Of a DNA stretch of 51,474 bases, positions 1-8,285 are shown one piece after another (the stretch's first letter is position 1; each line of letters begins with the position of its first letter). Below the pieces are notes generated by a model, which was given only the letters and a program-made list of their open reading frames with translations, was not told the origin of the DNA and ran no database searches. The position numbers were made by a program, and so were the translations under genes. Source of the DNA: a phage; the sequence record PZ445410.1, one strand, 5' to 3'.

Positions 1-362
1 TTGGAGATGCGCCAATTGGCGGCGGGAAGACGTCAATTCAGCAAATCATTGGCGAGGAGATCCACAAGGCAGCCGTTAAAATGAAAGCACCTGTAGGCTG
101 GCGTATTGACAAGAGCGCCTTTGCATATCAAGAAATCGTAACGCAGGGCAAAATTGAAGATATGCCGCTTGGCGCTTCAATCATCGGCATCAGAGACAAT
201 AACGGCGACTGGAATGATGTTTCATTCCCTGTCAAGCGGATCGAGTTGCACGAAGACCTGATTTGCATCCTGGCGCATCATGGCAGCTATAAGGACAAGC
301 CATTCGCCGCCGAGCTTAACATCAAGCGCGGAACTATGGTTAAGTGGAAAGTCAAAGTGTAA
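1..362 (+). CDS. hypothetical protein, 3' portion (5' end outside window or continuous with the ORF at 50946..51474)
   Basis: Frame of track ORF 81..362 is open back to nt 3; no convincing RBS before the ATG at 81; same phase as the ORF running off the window end. Confidence 0.4.
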   Translation, partial: GDAPIGGGKTSIQQIIGEEIHKAAVKMKAPVGWRIDKSAFAYQEIVTQGKIEDMPLGASIIGIRDNNGDWNDVSFPVKRIELHEDLICILAHHGSYKDKPFAAELNIKRGTMVKWKVKV

Positions 363-363
363 A

Positions 364-405
364 TAGCACGAATTGTTAAAACTCAAATGTGGGGCCAGGT
401 ATAAT
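364..405 (+). promoter_or_regulatory. TAGCAC-box promoter-like cassette (TAGCACGAATTGTTAAAAC, spacer, TATAAT at 400-405)
   Basis: Conserved 19-nt element directly after upstream stop; GGCC..GGCC inverted repeat flanks the TATAAT; gene start 31 nt downstream. Confidence 0.5.
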
Positions 406-435
406 GGCCTCACTTTCAACGAAGGAGATAAAACG

Positions 436-654
436 ATGTACATTAGCAAGAAGATGAAATGCGTTTCCGTTAATTATGGTTGTGCTGGAATGTTCAAGCC
501 TGGCGAAATCTATACGGCGCAAAAACTGAAATCATCAACCGGATCCTTTTACGTCAGCAACAGCAAAGGGCATCGCATGTTCCTGAACGGAGGTGAAGGC
601 ACTAAGGTTATGGCACACGCTATGGTAATTGCTGAATTTGAGGAAGTGAAATAA
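436..654 (+). CDS. hypothetical protein (73 aa)
   Basis: Internal ATG of track ORF 373..654 preceded by AAGGAGA RBS; lies downstream of the promoter-like cassette. Confidence 0.55.
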   Translation: MYISKKMKCVSVNYGCAGMFKPGEIYTAQKLKSSTGSFYVSNSKGHRMFLNGGEGTKVMAHAMVIAEFEEVK

Positions 655-1193
655 TGAAAAAATACGAATTTGAACTTTGGGGCAGCAAATACCATTTTTC
701 CACTAGCAAGCCGATTGTTATCGTTGACCTGGACGGAACGTTATCAGACGGAACGCATCGCTTACACCTTCTTCCGACAGAGGATTTACACCTTACAGAA
801 AGCTGGTCTGAGTTCAATAAGGCGGCTGTTGGCGATTCGCCGATTAAGAGCACTGTTGCAGTGGTTAACGGTTTGTGGATGTCAGGATTTGCCATCGTTA
901 TCCTGACCGGACGTAGCGATGAAGTGATGGAGGACACCTGCAAATGGATTAACGAAAACGGCATCAAGTACGATGCGTTAATCATGCGCCGCAAGGAAGA
1001 CAACCGCAAAGACACAATCATCAAAGAAGAAGTCTTGCGCGCTATCGGACTGGAAAACATTGTGTGCGCTTTTGATGATTCGCCGAACGTGGTTAAGCAC
1101 TTCCGAAGCCTGGGAATCACAACCTATCAGGTCACGGAATACGACAAGCCACACAATCATATCCAATCGCATGGCGTGGAGGAATTGAAATGA
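654..1193 (+). CDS. polynucleotide 3'-phosphatase, HAD superfamily (T4 Pnk C-terminal domain-like), stand-alone
   Basis: VIVDLDGTL (DxDGT HAD motif I), IVILTGRSD, RKDTIIKEEV, CAFDDSPNVV match the order and spacing of the T4 Pnk phosphatase domain motifs as I recall them. Confidence 0.7.
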   Translation: MKKYEFELWGSKYHFSTSKPIVIVDLDGTLSDGTHRLHLLPTEDLHLTESWSEFNKAAVGDSPIKSTVAVVNGLWMSGFAIVILTGRSDEVMEDTCKWINENGIKYDALIMRRKEDNRKDTIIKEEVLRAIGLENIVCAFDDSPNVVKHFRSLGITTYQVTEYDKPHNHIQSHGVEELK

Positions 1194-1351
1194 CCTGGAT
1201 TCTATTTGTGATTATCACAAGCTACAATTCAGCCGCCATTGAGTCTCGCGAGTTCCACGGTGAATCAAGATGTCAGGCCGCGAGAGAGCAAGTAATTTTG
1301 CATATGTCAGATAACGATAAAGAAGTTGAAGTATTCTGCATTCGTAAATAG
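1190..1351 (+). CDS. small hypothetical protein (53 aa), not in ORF track
   Basis: ATGA overlap with phosphatase stop, GGAGG RBS; stop TAG is the first triplet of the next TAGCAC-box. Confidence 0.35.
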   Translation: MTWILFVIITSYNSAAIESREFHGESRCQAAREQVILHMSDNDKEVEVFCIRK

Positions 1352-1391
1352 CACTTTTTGCAAAAACAGATTGTCGGGCTTGCGGTATAGT
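1349..1391 (+). promoter_or_regulatory. TAGCAC-box promoter-like cassette (variant TAGCACTTTTTGCAAAAAC; TATAGT at 1386-1391)
   Basis: Motif plus GGGCTT..AAGCCC inverted repeat around the -10-like hexamer; gene start at 1423. Confidence 0.45.
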
Positions 1392-1422
1392 AAGCCCATC
1401 GACAACAAACGAGGATTAAATC

Positions 1423-1686
1423 ATGGTTAATAAAGTTGAGTTTTTCAAAGCGGTAGACAAGATTGACGGCGCGCCAAGTTTCTTTGCTATCCATTCCATT
1501 GACGGCGAAGACGTTGAATACAACGTGATTAGTCGAGACGGTATATCAAAACTTAGTGACCTGGTGGGTTATATTGTGGCGAACGGGAAATGTGCATGGC
1601 CCGATTCACCACGAGAGCCGCGCCGCCGCGACATGCAAAATCCAGTTCTGCTTTACACGCTGGTAATTGAAGTAGTCAACAAATGA
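1423..1686 (+). CDS. hypothetical protein (87 aa)
   Basis: ORF with GAGGA RBS. Confidence 0.55.
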   Translation: MVNKVEFFKAVDKIDGAPSFFAIHSIDGEDVEYNVISRDGISKLSDLVGYIVANGKCAWPDSPREPRRRDMQNPVLLYTLVIEVVNK

Positions 1687-1868
1687 TTTGGTTACTTGTA
1701 TTTTTAGTAGTTTTCTTTTATATTTCAGGCTTATTCATCTTCCGCGCATTGGTTAAAGAGTGTGATTGCACTGATAAAGATCAGCCTCTTGTTCTGATGT
1801 TCTGGTTTGTGTGGTTTTGGGTGGCGCTTTACCAGATTGTACGGGATGAAAGCGGTTTTAAGTGGTGA
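1683..1868 (+). CDS. small membrane protein (61 aa)
   Basis: Hydrophobic N-terminus LLVFLVVFFYISGLFIF; ATGA-type overlap with upstream gene. Confidence 0.45.
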   Translation: MIWLLVFLVVFFYISGLFIFRALVKECDCTDKDQPLVLMFWFVWFWVALYQIVRDESGFKW

Positions 1869-1923
1869 TTCTTACTATAGCGCATTCACGCAGTGCGCTA
1901 TGTTGAGATAACAACAGGAGTTC

Positions 1924-2061
1924 ATGAAGATGCGAAACTTCGAAAAAATCGTAACCAAGAAAAAGCGCTACAGCTACGACGAGCACCGCGAGATGAATCA
2001 ACGCTATCGCAAGAAGCGCCAGCGCACAGGTAAACATTCAAGCAGATATGGAGAAAACTAA
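1924..2061 (+). CDS. small basic protein (45 aa), not in ORF track
   Basis: ACAGGAG RBS then ATG; Lys/Arg-rich; stop 1 nt before next gene. Confidence 0.3.
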   Translation: MKMRNFEKIVTKKKRYSYDEHREMNQRYRKKRQRTGKHSSRYGEN

Positions 2062-2062
2062 T

Positions 2063-2653
2063 ATGAAGCGAGACATTATCATCCTTAACGGACCGCCAGG
2101 AGTTGGCAAGGATACGCTTGCGGCATACTTAACTGGCCATCGTTACGCAGCCGTTAAAGCGTCGTTTAAGCAACCGATGTTTGATATTGCATTCTCCATG
2201 CTTGGCGTTTACCTATATGACGAGTTCATTGATCTGTATAACGACCGCGAGCAGAAAGAAAAGCCTCAAGCAATCTTGCAAGGCAATTCGCCTCGCAAGT
2301 TCATGATCTGGATTAGCGAAGAAGTCATGAAGCCAGCTTTTGGCGAGCAATATTTCGGAAATCGCATGGTTGAGCAAGTACACGAGATGTACAGAGATTT
2401 GGCTGTTGTAATTAGTGATGGCGGATTCCCTGAAGAAATCAAGCCGCTCGTTAAGGCAGGCCATGAAGTTCACATTTGCCGACTGCATCGCGAAGGATTC
2501 ACGTTTGATGGCGATTCGCGAAACTATATTGACCTGAGCGGATACCATCACCGAGTCAAGCATTACGACTTCACAATGATTGATGGCGAGCCAGAAAAGA
2601 CTGTTGACGAGATCATCAAAACGGTGCAGTGGAAACACACAAAGATTGAATAG
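2063..2653 (+). CDS. P-loop nucleotide kinase (T4 gp1 dNMP kinase-like)
   Basis: Walker A GPPGVGKDT near N-terminus; GKDT..A..Y.AVK pattern resembles dNMP kinase as I recall it; start chosen at internal ATG with GGAG RBS. Confidence 0.5.
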   Translation: MKRDIIILNGPPGVGKDTLAAYLTGHRYAAVKASFKQPMFDIAFSMLGVYLYDEFIDLYNDREQKEKPQAILQGNSPRKFMIWISEEVMKPAFGEQYFGNRMVEQVHEMYRDLAVVISDGGFPEEIKPLVKAGHEVHICRLHREGFTFDGDSRNYIDLSGYHHRVKHYDFTMIDGEPEKTVDEIIKTVQWKHTKIE

Positions 2654-2693
2654 CACGAATTGCTAAAAGCGGGGCACAATGCCTCGCTATAAT
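2651..2693 (+). promoter_or_regulatory. TAGCAC-box promoter-like cassette (variant TAGCACGAATTGCTAAAAG; TATAAT at 2688-2693)
   Basis: TAG of motif is the kinase stop codon. Confidence 0.45.
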
Positions 2694-2723
2694 ACAAACA
2701 CCAATCAACGAGAGGAAATCATC

Positions 2724-3125
2724 ATGGTAGAGTTAAACGACATTCGCGTTGGGACAAAATTTCGCGTAACCTGGGCAGATAAATATTGCGGAGTTAGCAA
2801 GGGCCAGATTGTTACTGTGGATAGTATTTATCGCGGATGCAGCAAAGACTTTCGGCGCCCACGCATCAAGAATGGCTATATCATTACTCGCCGTTTTGGG
2901 TTTGATCATTATTGCGTAGTGTCAACTCAAGGCGCTTTGATTGAGCTTAAGCGAATAAGCGATCATCGCGGCTGTCATGTTAAGACAATGAAAACACCAT
3001 TTCAGCGAGCGCGATACGATGCGCGACGGATGCGCCGACTTGCTCGAAATGCGATCAAGTTCAAAAAGCCTGGCAGTAATTTTTACAGAATGTACAAAGG
3101 GATTGCGCGAAATGCTGGGAAATAA
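2724..3125 (+). CDS. hypothetical protein (133 aa), basic C-terminus
   Basis: Internal ATG with GAGAGGAAA RBS. Confidence 0.55.
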   Translation: MVELNDIRVGTKFRVTWADKYCGVSKGQIVTVDSIYRGCSKDFRRPRIKNGYIITRRFGFDHYCVVSTQGALIELKRISDHRGCHVKTMKTPFQRARYDARRMRRLARNAIKFKKPGSNFYRMYKGIARNAGK

Positions 3126-3224
3126 CAACAACGCAACCAATCCAAAGCCGCCATTTGATTTTCATGAAATCATGATTGTGTTATTCTTGATTCTCTTAGT
3201 TGTTTATTCAGTGAGGGCCGCAAT

Positions 3225-3488
3225 ATGGTTTTTAATGCACTAAAACGAATCTTTAAACCTGAATACCGGATCGTTGCTTGCACAGAATGTAAGATTTATT
3301 ACCTGCAACGCCGCCGCGTTATTAGTGGGGATTGTGAATATCTAACTGATGATGCTTTCGGATTTTGGGCTATGGAGTTCAATAGCTACAGCGAAGCGCG
3401 TGAATACGCTAAAAAGTTGCACAAGTTCAGACCTTACAAGCTGCGTTTGCTGGTTGTCAAAAAATGCGATGTGTGGGATCACGAATGA
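3225..3488 (+). CDS. hypothetical protein (87 aa), Cys pairs suggest a zinc ribbon
   Basis: ORF; CTEC...C motif. Confidence 0.45.
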   Translation: MVFNALKRIFKPEYRIVACTECKIYYLQRRRVISGDCEYLTDDAFGFWAMEFNSYSEAREYAKKLHKFRPYKLRLLVVKKCDVWDHE

Positions 3489-3664
3489 AAAGAGTAATTA
3501 TCATTTTTATTGCCGTTATCGCTGGTTGTTACCTGGCTTATAATTATAGCGGCATTGTTGAGTCAATCGGCGGGTTGATTATCTTCATGGCTGGTGGGTA
3601 TGCTGGCTATTGTGATGGATTCGAGAACGGAAAGCGTTACGTGCTGACCGGAAAAAAGAAGTAA
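3485..3664 (+). CDS. small membrane protein (59 aa)
   Basis: ATGA overlap with upstream stop; hydrophobic segment VIIIFIAVIAGCYLAY. Confidence 0.45.
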   Translation: MKRVIIIFIAVIAGCYLAYNYSGIVESIGGLIIFMAGGYAGYCDGFENGKRYVLTGKKK

Positions 3665-3707
3665 TGTTAACCGCGCCGCTTCGGTGGCGCTAAAAGGAGG
3701 AAACAAA

Positions 3708-3995
3708 ATGGCTAAAAGCAATCGTAAAATGTTGATTAACGCATTCGAAAAGGAAGCGCTTGAGCGTGGTTGGAATGACTCATTTCACACAGCAAACTGT
3801 ATCCGCCGTTACGGATTCAAGGATTGCCGATCCTGGGCGCGTCAAATGGCTTCATGGTATGATCTTGATGCGCATTACCTTGATATGGATTGCGCCCTGG
3901 TTGAAATGATTGAGCAGGCCGCACTAGAGGATCGACCATTAACGCAATCTGATTTTGACGATTTTGTGCGCGATGAAATCTATTACATGAGCTAA
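3708..3995 (+). CDS. hypothetical protein (95 aa)
   Basis: AAAGGAGGAAA RBS before ATG. Confidence 0.55.
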   Translation: MAKSNRKMLINAFEKEALERGWNDSFHTANCIRRYGFKDCRSWARQMASWYDLDAHYLDMDCALVEMIEQAALEDRPLTQSDFDDFVRDEIYYMS

Positions 3996-4039
3996 TAGCA
4001 CTTTTTGTTAAAACTTCCGCGAGGGCATTTGTTAAAGTG
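3996..4039 (+). promoter_or_regulatory. TAGCAC-box promoter-like cassette (weak -10-like TAAAGT)
   Basis: Exact 19-nt motif directly after stop codon; gene start at 4071. Confidence 0.35.
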
Positions 4040-4070
4040 TCCTCATTGAAGCGAAACAGAGTAAATCAAA

Positions 4071-4283
4071 ATGAAAATTCGAATCACCAGGGTTGACATT
4101 GACCGTAACGACGGAAGCATTACCCTTGAACAATGTGGATTCAAAGTTGGTGACATTGTAGAGGTTGACGGATTCTTTCGCGATGGTTCTTACTGCGTGT
4201 TAGCAATCCGCAACACGGAAGAAATTCGAATCGGTGATAACATCGGCGTAAACCATGACGAATGCGAGGTAGTAGAGGAATGA
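4071..4283 (+). CDS. hypothetical protein (70 aa)
   Basis: ORF downstream of motif. Confidence 0.5.
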   Translation: MKIRITRVDIDRNDGSITLEQCGFKVGDIVEVDGFFRDGSYCVLAIRNTEEIRIGDNIGVNHDECEVVEE

Positions 4284-4588
4284 TCACGATTAACCTTTCA
4301 GAAGAGCAAGCAAAGAAACTCCTGCATGCTGTAGGTTCTCGTGCGCTTTGCGGATCAACTGATGAAATGATGATTGATCATGAGGTTGCAAGAGAGCTTT
4401 TTACTCAGCTTGAGCAAAAATTCTCACCACGTCCGACTGACGCGGCAGAAACCGCAAAATGGCTTGCTGAGAATGGATACACGGCTTTAAAAGTTCATAA
4501 CTGGAAGCGAAAGAATGAAAGCATGGAGTCGGCATTTGCCAATTACGCCAAATCAGTTGCAAAGCAGGTAACGGAGAAATATAAATGA
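4280..4588 (+). CDS. hypothetical protein (102 aa)
   Basis: ATGA overlap, GAGGTAGTAGAGGA RBS. Confidence 0.5.
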   Translation: MITINLSEEQAKKLLHAVGSRALCGSTDEMMIDHEVARELFTQLEQKFSPRPTDAAETAKWLAENGYTALKVHNWKRKNESMESAFANYAKSVAKQVTEKYK

Positions 4589-4899
4589 TTTACATTCACT
4601 ACTACCATATCGGGACAAACGAAAACAAGCAGGAGCGCAGAACAATTTGTGACACACTCGACGATGCTAAAGCACAGCAACGCGTTTTGGGTGGTGTAAT
4701 TCAGGCTTTTGAGCCAGTGGAAGACATAGAGCACCGAGAGCATTTGAAAGAGATTATTGTTGATGAAATTTCATCACTAATCGACGACATGACAAATCAC
4801 GGTCCTGGTTCTACGTGGGAAGAAGCTGGATCGACGGAGTGGGATTGTGCTAAGGTTGCAACGCTTAACAACTTTCGTGAGTTGCTCGACGATTTTTAA
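4585..4899 (+). CDS. hypothetical protein (104 aa)
   Basis: ATGA overlap with upstream gene. Confidence 0.5.
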   Translation: MIYIHYYHIGTNENKQERRTICDTLDDAKAQQRVLGGVIQAFEPVEDIEHREHLKEIIVDEISSLIDDMTNHGPGSTWEEAGSTEWDCAKVATLNNFRELLDDF

Positions 4900-4969
4900 T
4901 TAAAATTGAATGCCTCATACAGCGAACAGGACGCATTTTGACGAGGCATTTTTTAGGTAAGGTGATTCA

Positions 4970-5098
4970 ATGGATAGCTACATAAAACCGTCGCAGTGGT
5001 GCGCACAGAAGCAAGAGGAAGCATTGGAGCGCGGCGATACTGAAACAGCAATGCACTATTTCGAAATGTACAACTTGTGGAAGGGTAGAGGTCTGTAA
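4970..5098 (+). CDS. small hypothetical protein (42 aa), not in ORF track
   Basis: AGGTGA RBS; TAATG overlap with next gene. Confidence 0.3.
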   Translation: MDSYIKPSQWCAQKQEEALERGDTETAMHYFEMYNLWKGRGL

Positions 5099-5328
5099 TG
5101 TTTGGAATGAATGAGGCGCAATTCAACGCTGCAAAACGCCAGGCTAAGAAGTGCGGCGAGGCAATGAAGGCGGATGTTGAAAAGCGCGGGAAGTATGTTG
5201 ATGAAGTCATGAAGGGCATTATTGCCGAACATTATCAGCCAGTTGCGCCAATGCTGACAATTACCCAATTCATCTGGTTGTGTGGTTATCTTCGTGGGAG
5301 ATGGGGAAACGCATTTGACCGCGAATGA
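5098..5328 (+). CDS. hypothetical protein (76 aa)
   Basis: ORF. Confidence 0.5.
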   Translation: MFGMNEAQFNAAKRQAKKCGEAMKADVEKRGKYVDEVMKGIIAEHYQPVAPMLTITQFIWLCGYLRGRWGNAFDRE

Positions 5329-5357
5329 TTGACAACGATTTCCTGATTGGTTAGCAT
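5329..5357 (+). promoter_or_regulatory. sigma70-type promoter (TTGACA, 17 nt, TAGCAT)
   Basis: Near-consensus -35 and -10 with 17-nt spacer. Confidence 0.5.
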
Positions 5358-5363
5358 ATTCAA

Positions 5364-5464
5364 CGTTTACATAAGAGCGGCATTAGTGCCGAACGGGTGG
5401 CGCGGTTGCCACGCAACAACGGCGATATGCAGGTTTTTACCGTAAGACGTATCGCCTTTTTTTT
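5364..5464 (+). ncRNA. candidate small non-coding RNA (~100 nt) between promoter and intrinsic terminator
   Basis: No ORF longer than 14 codons; GTGGC..GCCAC stem and terminal GGCGATA..TATCGCC stem followed by T8. Confidence 0.25.
5421..5464 (+). terminator. intrinsic terminator
   Basis: GGCGATA...TATCGCC stem then TTTTTTTT. Confidence 0.5.
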
Positions 5465-5476
5465 ATAGGTGAATAT

Positions 5477-5710
5477 ATGGAAAAGTACAAATTAACTTTC
5501 ATGTTTAATAGCATGGTGATGAATCCATTAAATGGTTACGCTTGCAATAGCTTTTCTGTTACCGTTAATGAGGATGAAATTGATGATGATGGAAAACTCA
5601 TTCGAATTGGTGAATACTTGTACCCCGTTCACAATATCAATTGCATCAAACGCGAGATCGTAAAAGATGAAGTACAAGGTAAGGTTGACGATCAGGCGAA
5701 TGGGGCGTAA
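5477..5710 (+). CDS. hypothetical protein (77 aa)
   Basis: ORF. Confidence 0.45.
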   Translation: MEKYKLTFMFNSMVMNPLNGYACNSFSVTVNEDEIDDDGKLIRIGEYLYPVHNINCIKREIVKDEVQGKVDDQANGA

Positions 5711-5852
5711 TTGCTCGTCATGTAGACAAAGTTTTGAATGTGAGGTTGAAGCGCGCGGAGAGCTTGAGGCAGCAGCAAGAGCAAAAGAGTTGTCCGGCGC
5801 TAATCAAGACACTCACCAGTTTTCAATAGATCTTGTAAGGAAAATGTCATGA
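5667..5852 (+). CDS. small Cys-rich hypothetical protein (start uncertain)
   Basis: Track ORF; CSSCRQSFEC. Confidence 0.3.
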   Translation: MKYKVRLTIRRMGRNCSSCRQSFECEVEARGELEAAARAKELSGANQDTHQFSIDLVRKMS

Positions 5853-6088
5853 GTTCTGTAATTATTGGTTTGGTTGCTTTAATCATTGGTGTTCTAATCG
5901 GCTTTGTTGCTGTATCTTTCGTGGTGGCTGTCGGTGTTCGCTATAAGTCAAAAAAAGGTGAATTTGCTTTAGCGTTTTGGGATGAAGAACAGAAAGTTTG
6001 GCAGGTTCGCGGTCACTATTTATCAATCGGTGGCAGGATTCACAGCACTATGAAGACAAATCCAGAAAAAGTAAAATACAAGTATTGA
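5849..6088 (+). CDS. membrane protein (79 aa, one TMD)
   Basis: IIGLVALIIGVLIGFVAVSFVVAV hydrophobic stretch. Confidence 0.5.
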   Translation: MSSVIIGLVALIIGVLIGFVAVSFVVAVGVRYKSKKGEFALAFWDEEQKVWQVRGHYLSIGGRIHSTMKTNPEKVKYKY

Positions 6089-6094
6089 ACAACT

Positions 6095-6118
6095 ACCCGC
6101 CAAATGGCGGGTTTTTTA
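6095..6118 (+). terminator. intrinsic terminator
   Basis: CCCGCC-AAAT-GGCGGG then TTTTTT. Confidence 0.55.
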
Positions 6119-6168
6119 TTGCCTGCAATTTGTCTATAATGAGGCTTTGTTATAAAGGAGGGCGCATT

Positions 6169-6690
6169 ATGGCTAAAAACGTTGAGCCAGCAGTAAAGGC
6201 TTGCAATTTTAAAAAACTATATAATAAGAAATATGGCGATATAGCAAAAATGACAAAGGCGCACAAGTACACGCCGGAGCAGGTATTTGATCTGGCTGTT
6301 CGTTACTTTACGTGGGCTGAGGAAAACCATATACAGGCTGCGGAAACGGCATCCTTTCAGGGTGACGTATACGAAAGCAAGATTCACAAGCCGCGCGTGT
6401 TCACCTTAAACGGATTCCGATTATTCGCTGGCCTTTCTGCTTCCGTGCTTGAAAAATGGCGACGTGAGCCAGGATTCAGCGATGTTATGGACTTTATCGA
6501 CGGCGTTGTTTACGAGCAAAAATTCCAGCTTGCCGCAAACAATATTGTTAACGCCGGATTCATTGGTAAAGAGATCGGCATTGAAAAGCCAGCTACCGTT
6601 ACCATTGAGAATAACACAAGCGCCAGCGTTGACGCTGTAACGGCGGAGGAAGTCAAAGAGGCGGTAATTGACATTCTGGAGAAGATATAA
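6169..6690 (+). CDS. terminase small subunit (putative)
   Basis: 173-aa ORF immediately upstream of and overlapping the large terminase; AAAGGAGGG RBS; track N-terminal extension rejected. Confidence 0.55.
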   Translation: MAKNVEPAVKACNFKKLYNKKYGDIAKMTKAHKYTPEQVFDLAVRYFTWAEENHIQAAETASFQGDVYESKIHKPRVFTLNGFRLFAGLSASVLEKWRREPGFSDVMDFIDGVVYEQKFQLAANNIVNAGFIGKEIGIEKPATVTIENNTSASVDAVTAEEVKEAVIDILEKI

Positions 6691-8258
6691 TGCTGATTTG
6701 GGAAGACTTAACAGCGGCGCAAAAACGCGCCATTAAGGAAATGAGCGAATATTCATTCGAAAAGATGATCCGCATTTGGTTTCAACTTCTCCAGGGGCAA
6801 AGGTTCTTAGGAAACTGGCATTTCAGTTACCTATGCAGCGAAGTTGAAAAAATCATCAAAGGCGAGTCACAGAATGTAATTTTCAACATAACGCCAGGCA
6901 GCGGTAAAACAGAGATATTCTCGATCCACATGTCACCTTATGCGTCATTGAAAAGTAAGAAGGTGAGAAATCTTAATTTGTCGTTTAGTGATGGCCTTGT
7001 CCAGCAGAACAGCAACCGCATCAAAGAGATTATTGGTTCTCCAGAATGGCAGGAGCTATGGCCTGGAAAGCTGGCAAAGGCGAGCGCAAAGGATTTGATT
7101 GTAACCGATGGCGGCAAGGTTAAATTGCAAGTTAACTCGCGATCAATTGGTGGTCAGGTTACTGGTCTGCGTGGCGGCTACATGGACGATGGTTTTACTG
7201 GTATGTTGGTTCTTGATGATCCAGACAAGCCGGATGACATGCTTTCTAAGGTGAAGCGCGAAGCCGGACACATGCGCCTAAAGAACACGGTGCGATCGCG
7301 TCGAATGAAAGACACTACGCCAATTGTGATGGTTCAGCAACGTCTACACGTCAATGATTCAACATGGTTCATGACAAACGGCGGCATGGGCGGCATCCAG
7401 TTTAAGGTGGTCAGTATTCCAGCGCTCGTTACTAAGGAATATCGCGAAACTCTTCCTGATTGGTTAAAGCCTGAGTTTGATCGCGATGTTTTGTCCAGTA
7501 AGCCAGTGATGATTGATGGCGTTGCTCATTATTCATTCTGGCCTGCTAAGGAAAGCGCTGAGGAATTACTTGCACTTCGCAATGCTGATCCGTACACGTT
7601 CGCTAGTCAGTATCAGCAACAGCCTGTTGCGCTTGGCGGTAACGTGTTTAAAACAGAGTGGTTTCAGTATTACGGCAGCAGCGAGAAATGCACGCTACCA
7701 AAACCGGATCGCTTTGAATATACATTTATCACGGTTGATACCGCGCAGAAAACAGGTGAGCTTAACGACTACTCCGTGATCTGTTATTGGGGGATGTATA
7801 AAGATCGCGTTTACTTCATTGATGGTGTTCGCGGAAAATGGGAAGCACCAGACCTTGAGAATAATTTTGTTGCGTTCGTTAATCAGTGCTGGAAGCGCAA
7901 TAAAGAATGCGGAACGTTGCGAAGGATTCATGTTGAAGATAAGTCATCTGGCACTGGCTTGATTCAGAGTGCAGCGAAAAAAATCATGATCAAGATCAAT
8001 CCCGTTCAGCGCGATAAAGACAAGGTTACTCGCGCAATGGACGCAGCGCCAGTAATGCGCGCCGGACGCGTAGCACTTCCAGAATCGCATCCTATGCTGG
8101 CTGAGATACTAGCTGAAGTTGCGGCGTTTACATTCGATGATAGCCATCCTCATGATGATATTGTTGATAACATCATTGATGCGGTTAACATTGAAATGAA
8201 CATGGCAGATGATCCGGTTGGAAGAATGAAAAAATTGGCAGGTTTGCGGAACAAATAG
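6690..8258 (+). CDS. terminase large subunit
   Basis: 522 aa, GSGKT P-loop-like motif, directly upstream of portal. Confidence 0.75.
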   Translation: MLIWEDLTAAQKRAIKEMSEYSFEKMIRIWFQLLQGQRFLGNWHFSYLCSEVEKIIKGESQNVIFNITPGSGKTEIFSIHMSPYASLKSKKVRNLNLSFSDGLVQQNSNRIKEIIGSPEWQELWPGKLAKASAKDLIVTDGGKVKLQVNSRSIGGQVTGLRGGYMDDGFTGMLVLDDPDKPDDMLSKVKREAGHMRLKNTVRSRRMKDTTPIVMVQQRLHVNDSTWFMTNGGMGGIQFKVVSIPALVTKEYRETLPDWLKPEFDRDVLSSKPVMIDGVAHYSFWPAKESAEELLALRNADPYTFASQYQQQPVALGGNVFKTEWFQYYGSSEKCTLPKPDRFEYTFITVDTAQKTGELNDYSVICYWGMYKDRVYFIDGVRGKWEAPDLENNFVAFVNQCWKRNKECGTLRRIHVEDKSSGTGLIQSAAKKIMIKINPVQRDKDKVTRAMDAAPVMRAGRVALPESHPMLAEILAEVAAFTFDDSHPHDDIVDNIIDAVNIEMNMADDPVGRMKKLAGLRNK

Positions 8259-8284
8259 CACGAATCGACAAACCAATATATAAT
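8256..8284 (+). promoter_or_regulatory. TAGCAC-box variant (TAGCACGAATCGACAAACC) with TATAAT at 8279-8284
   Basis: TAG is the terminase stop; followed directly by a terminator-like hairpin. Confidence 0.4.
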
Positions 8285-8285
8285 C

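Noticed and set aside
5364-5420. Possible tRNA gene downstream of the sigma70 promoter
   Set aside because: I could not fold the sequence into a cloverleaf with acceptor stem and anticodon loop by eye; kept only as a low-confidence small-RNA candidate.
5998-6690. 230-aa version of the small terminase ORF
   Set aside because: The N-terminal 57 codons overlap the upstream membrane-protein gene and terminator; the ATG at 6169 has a strong RBS.
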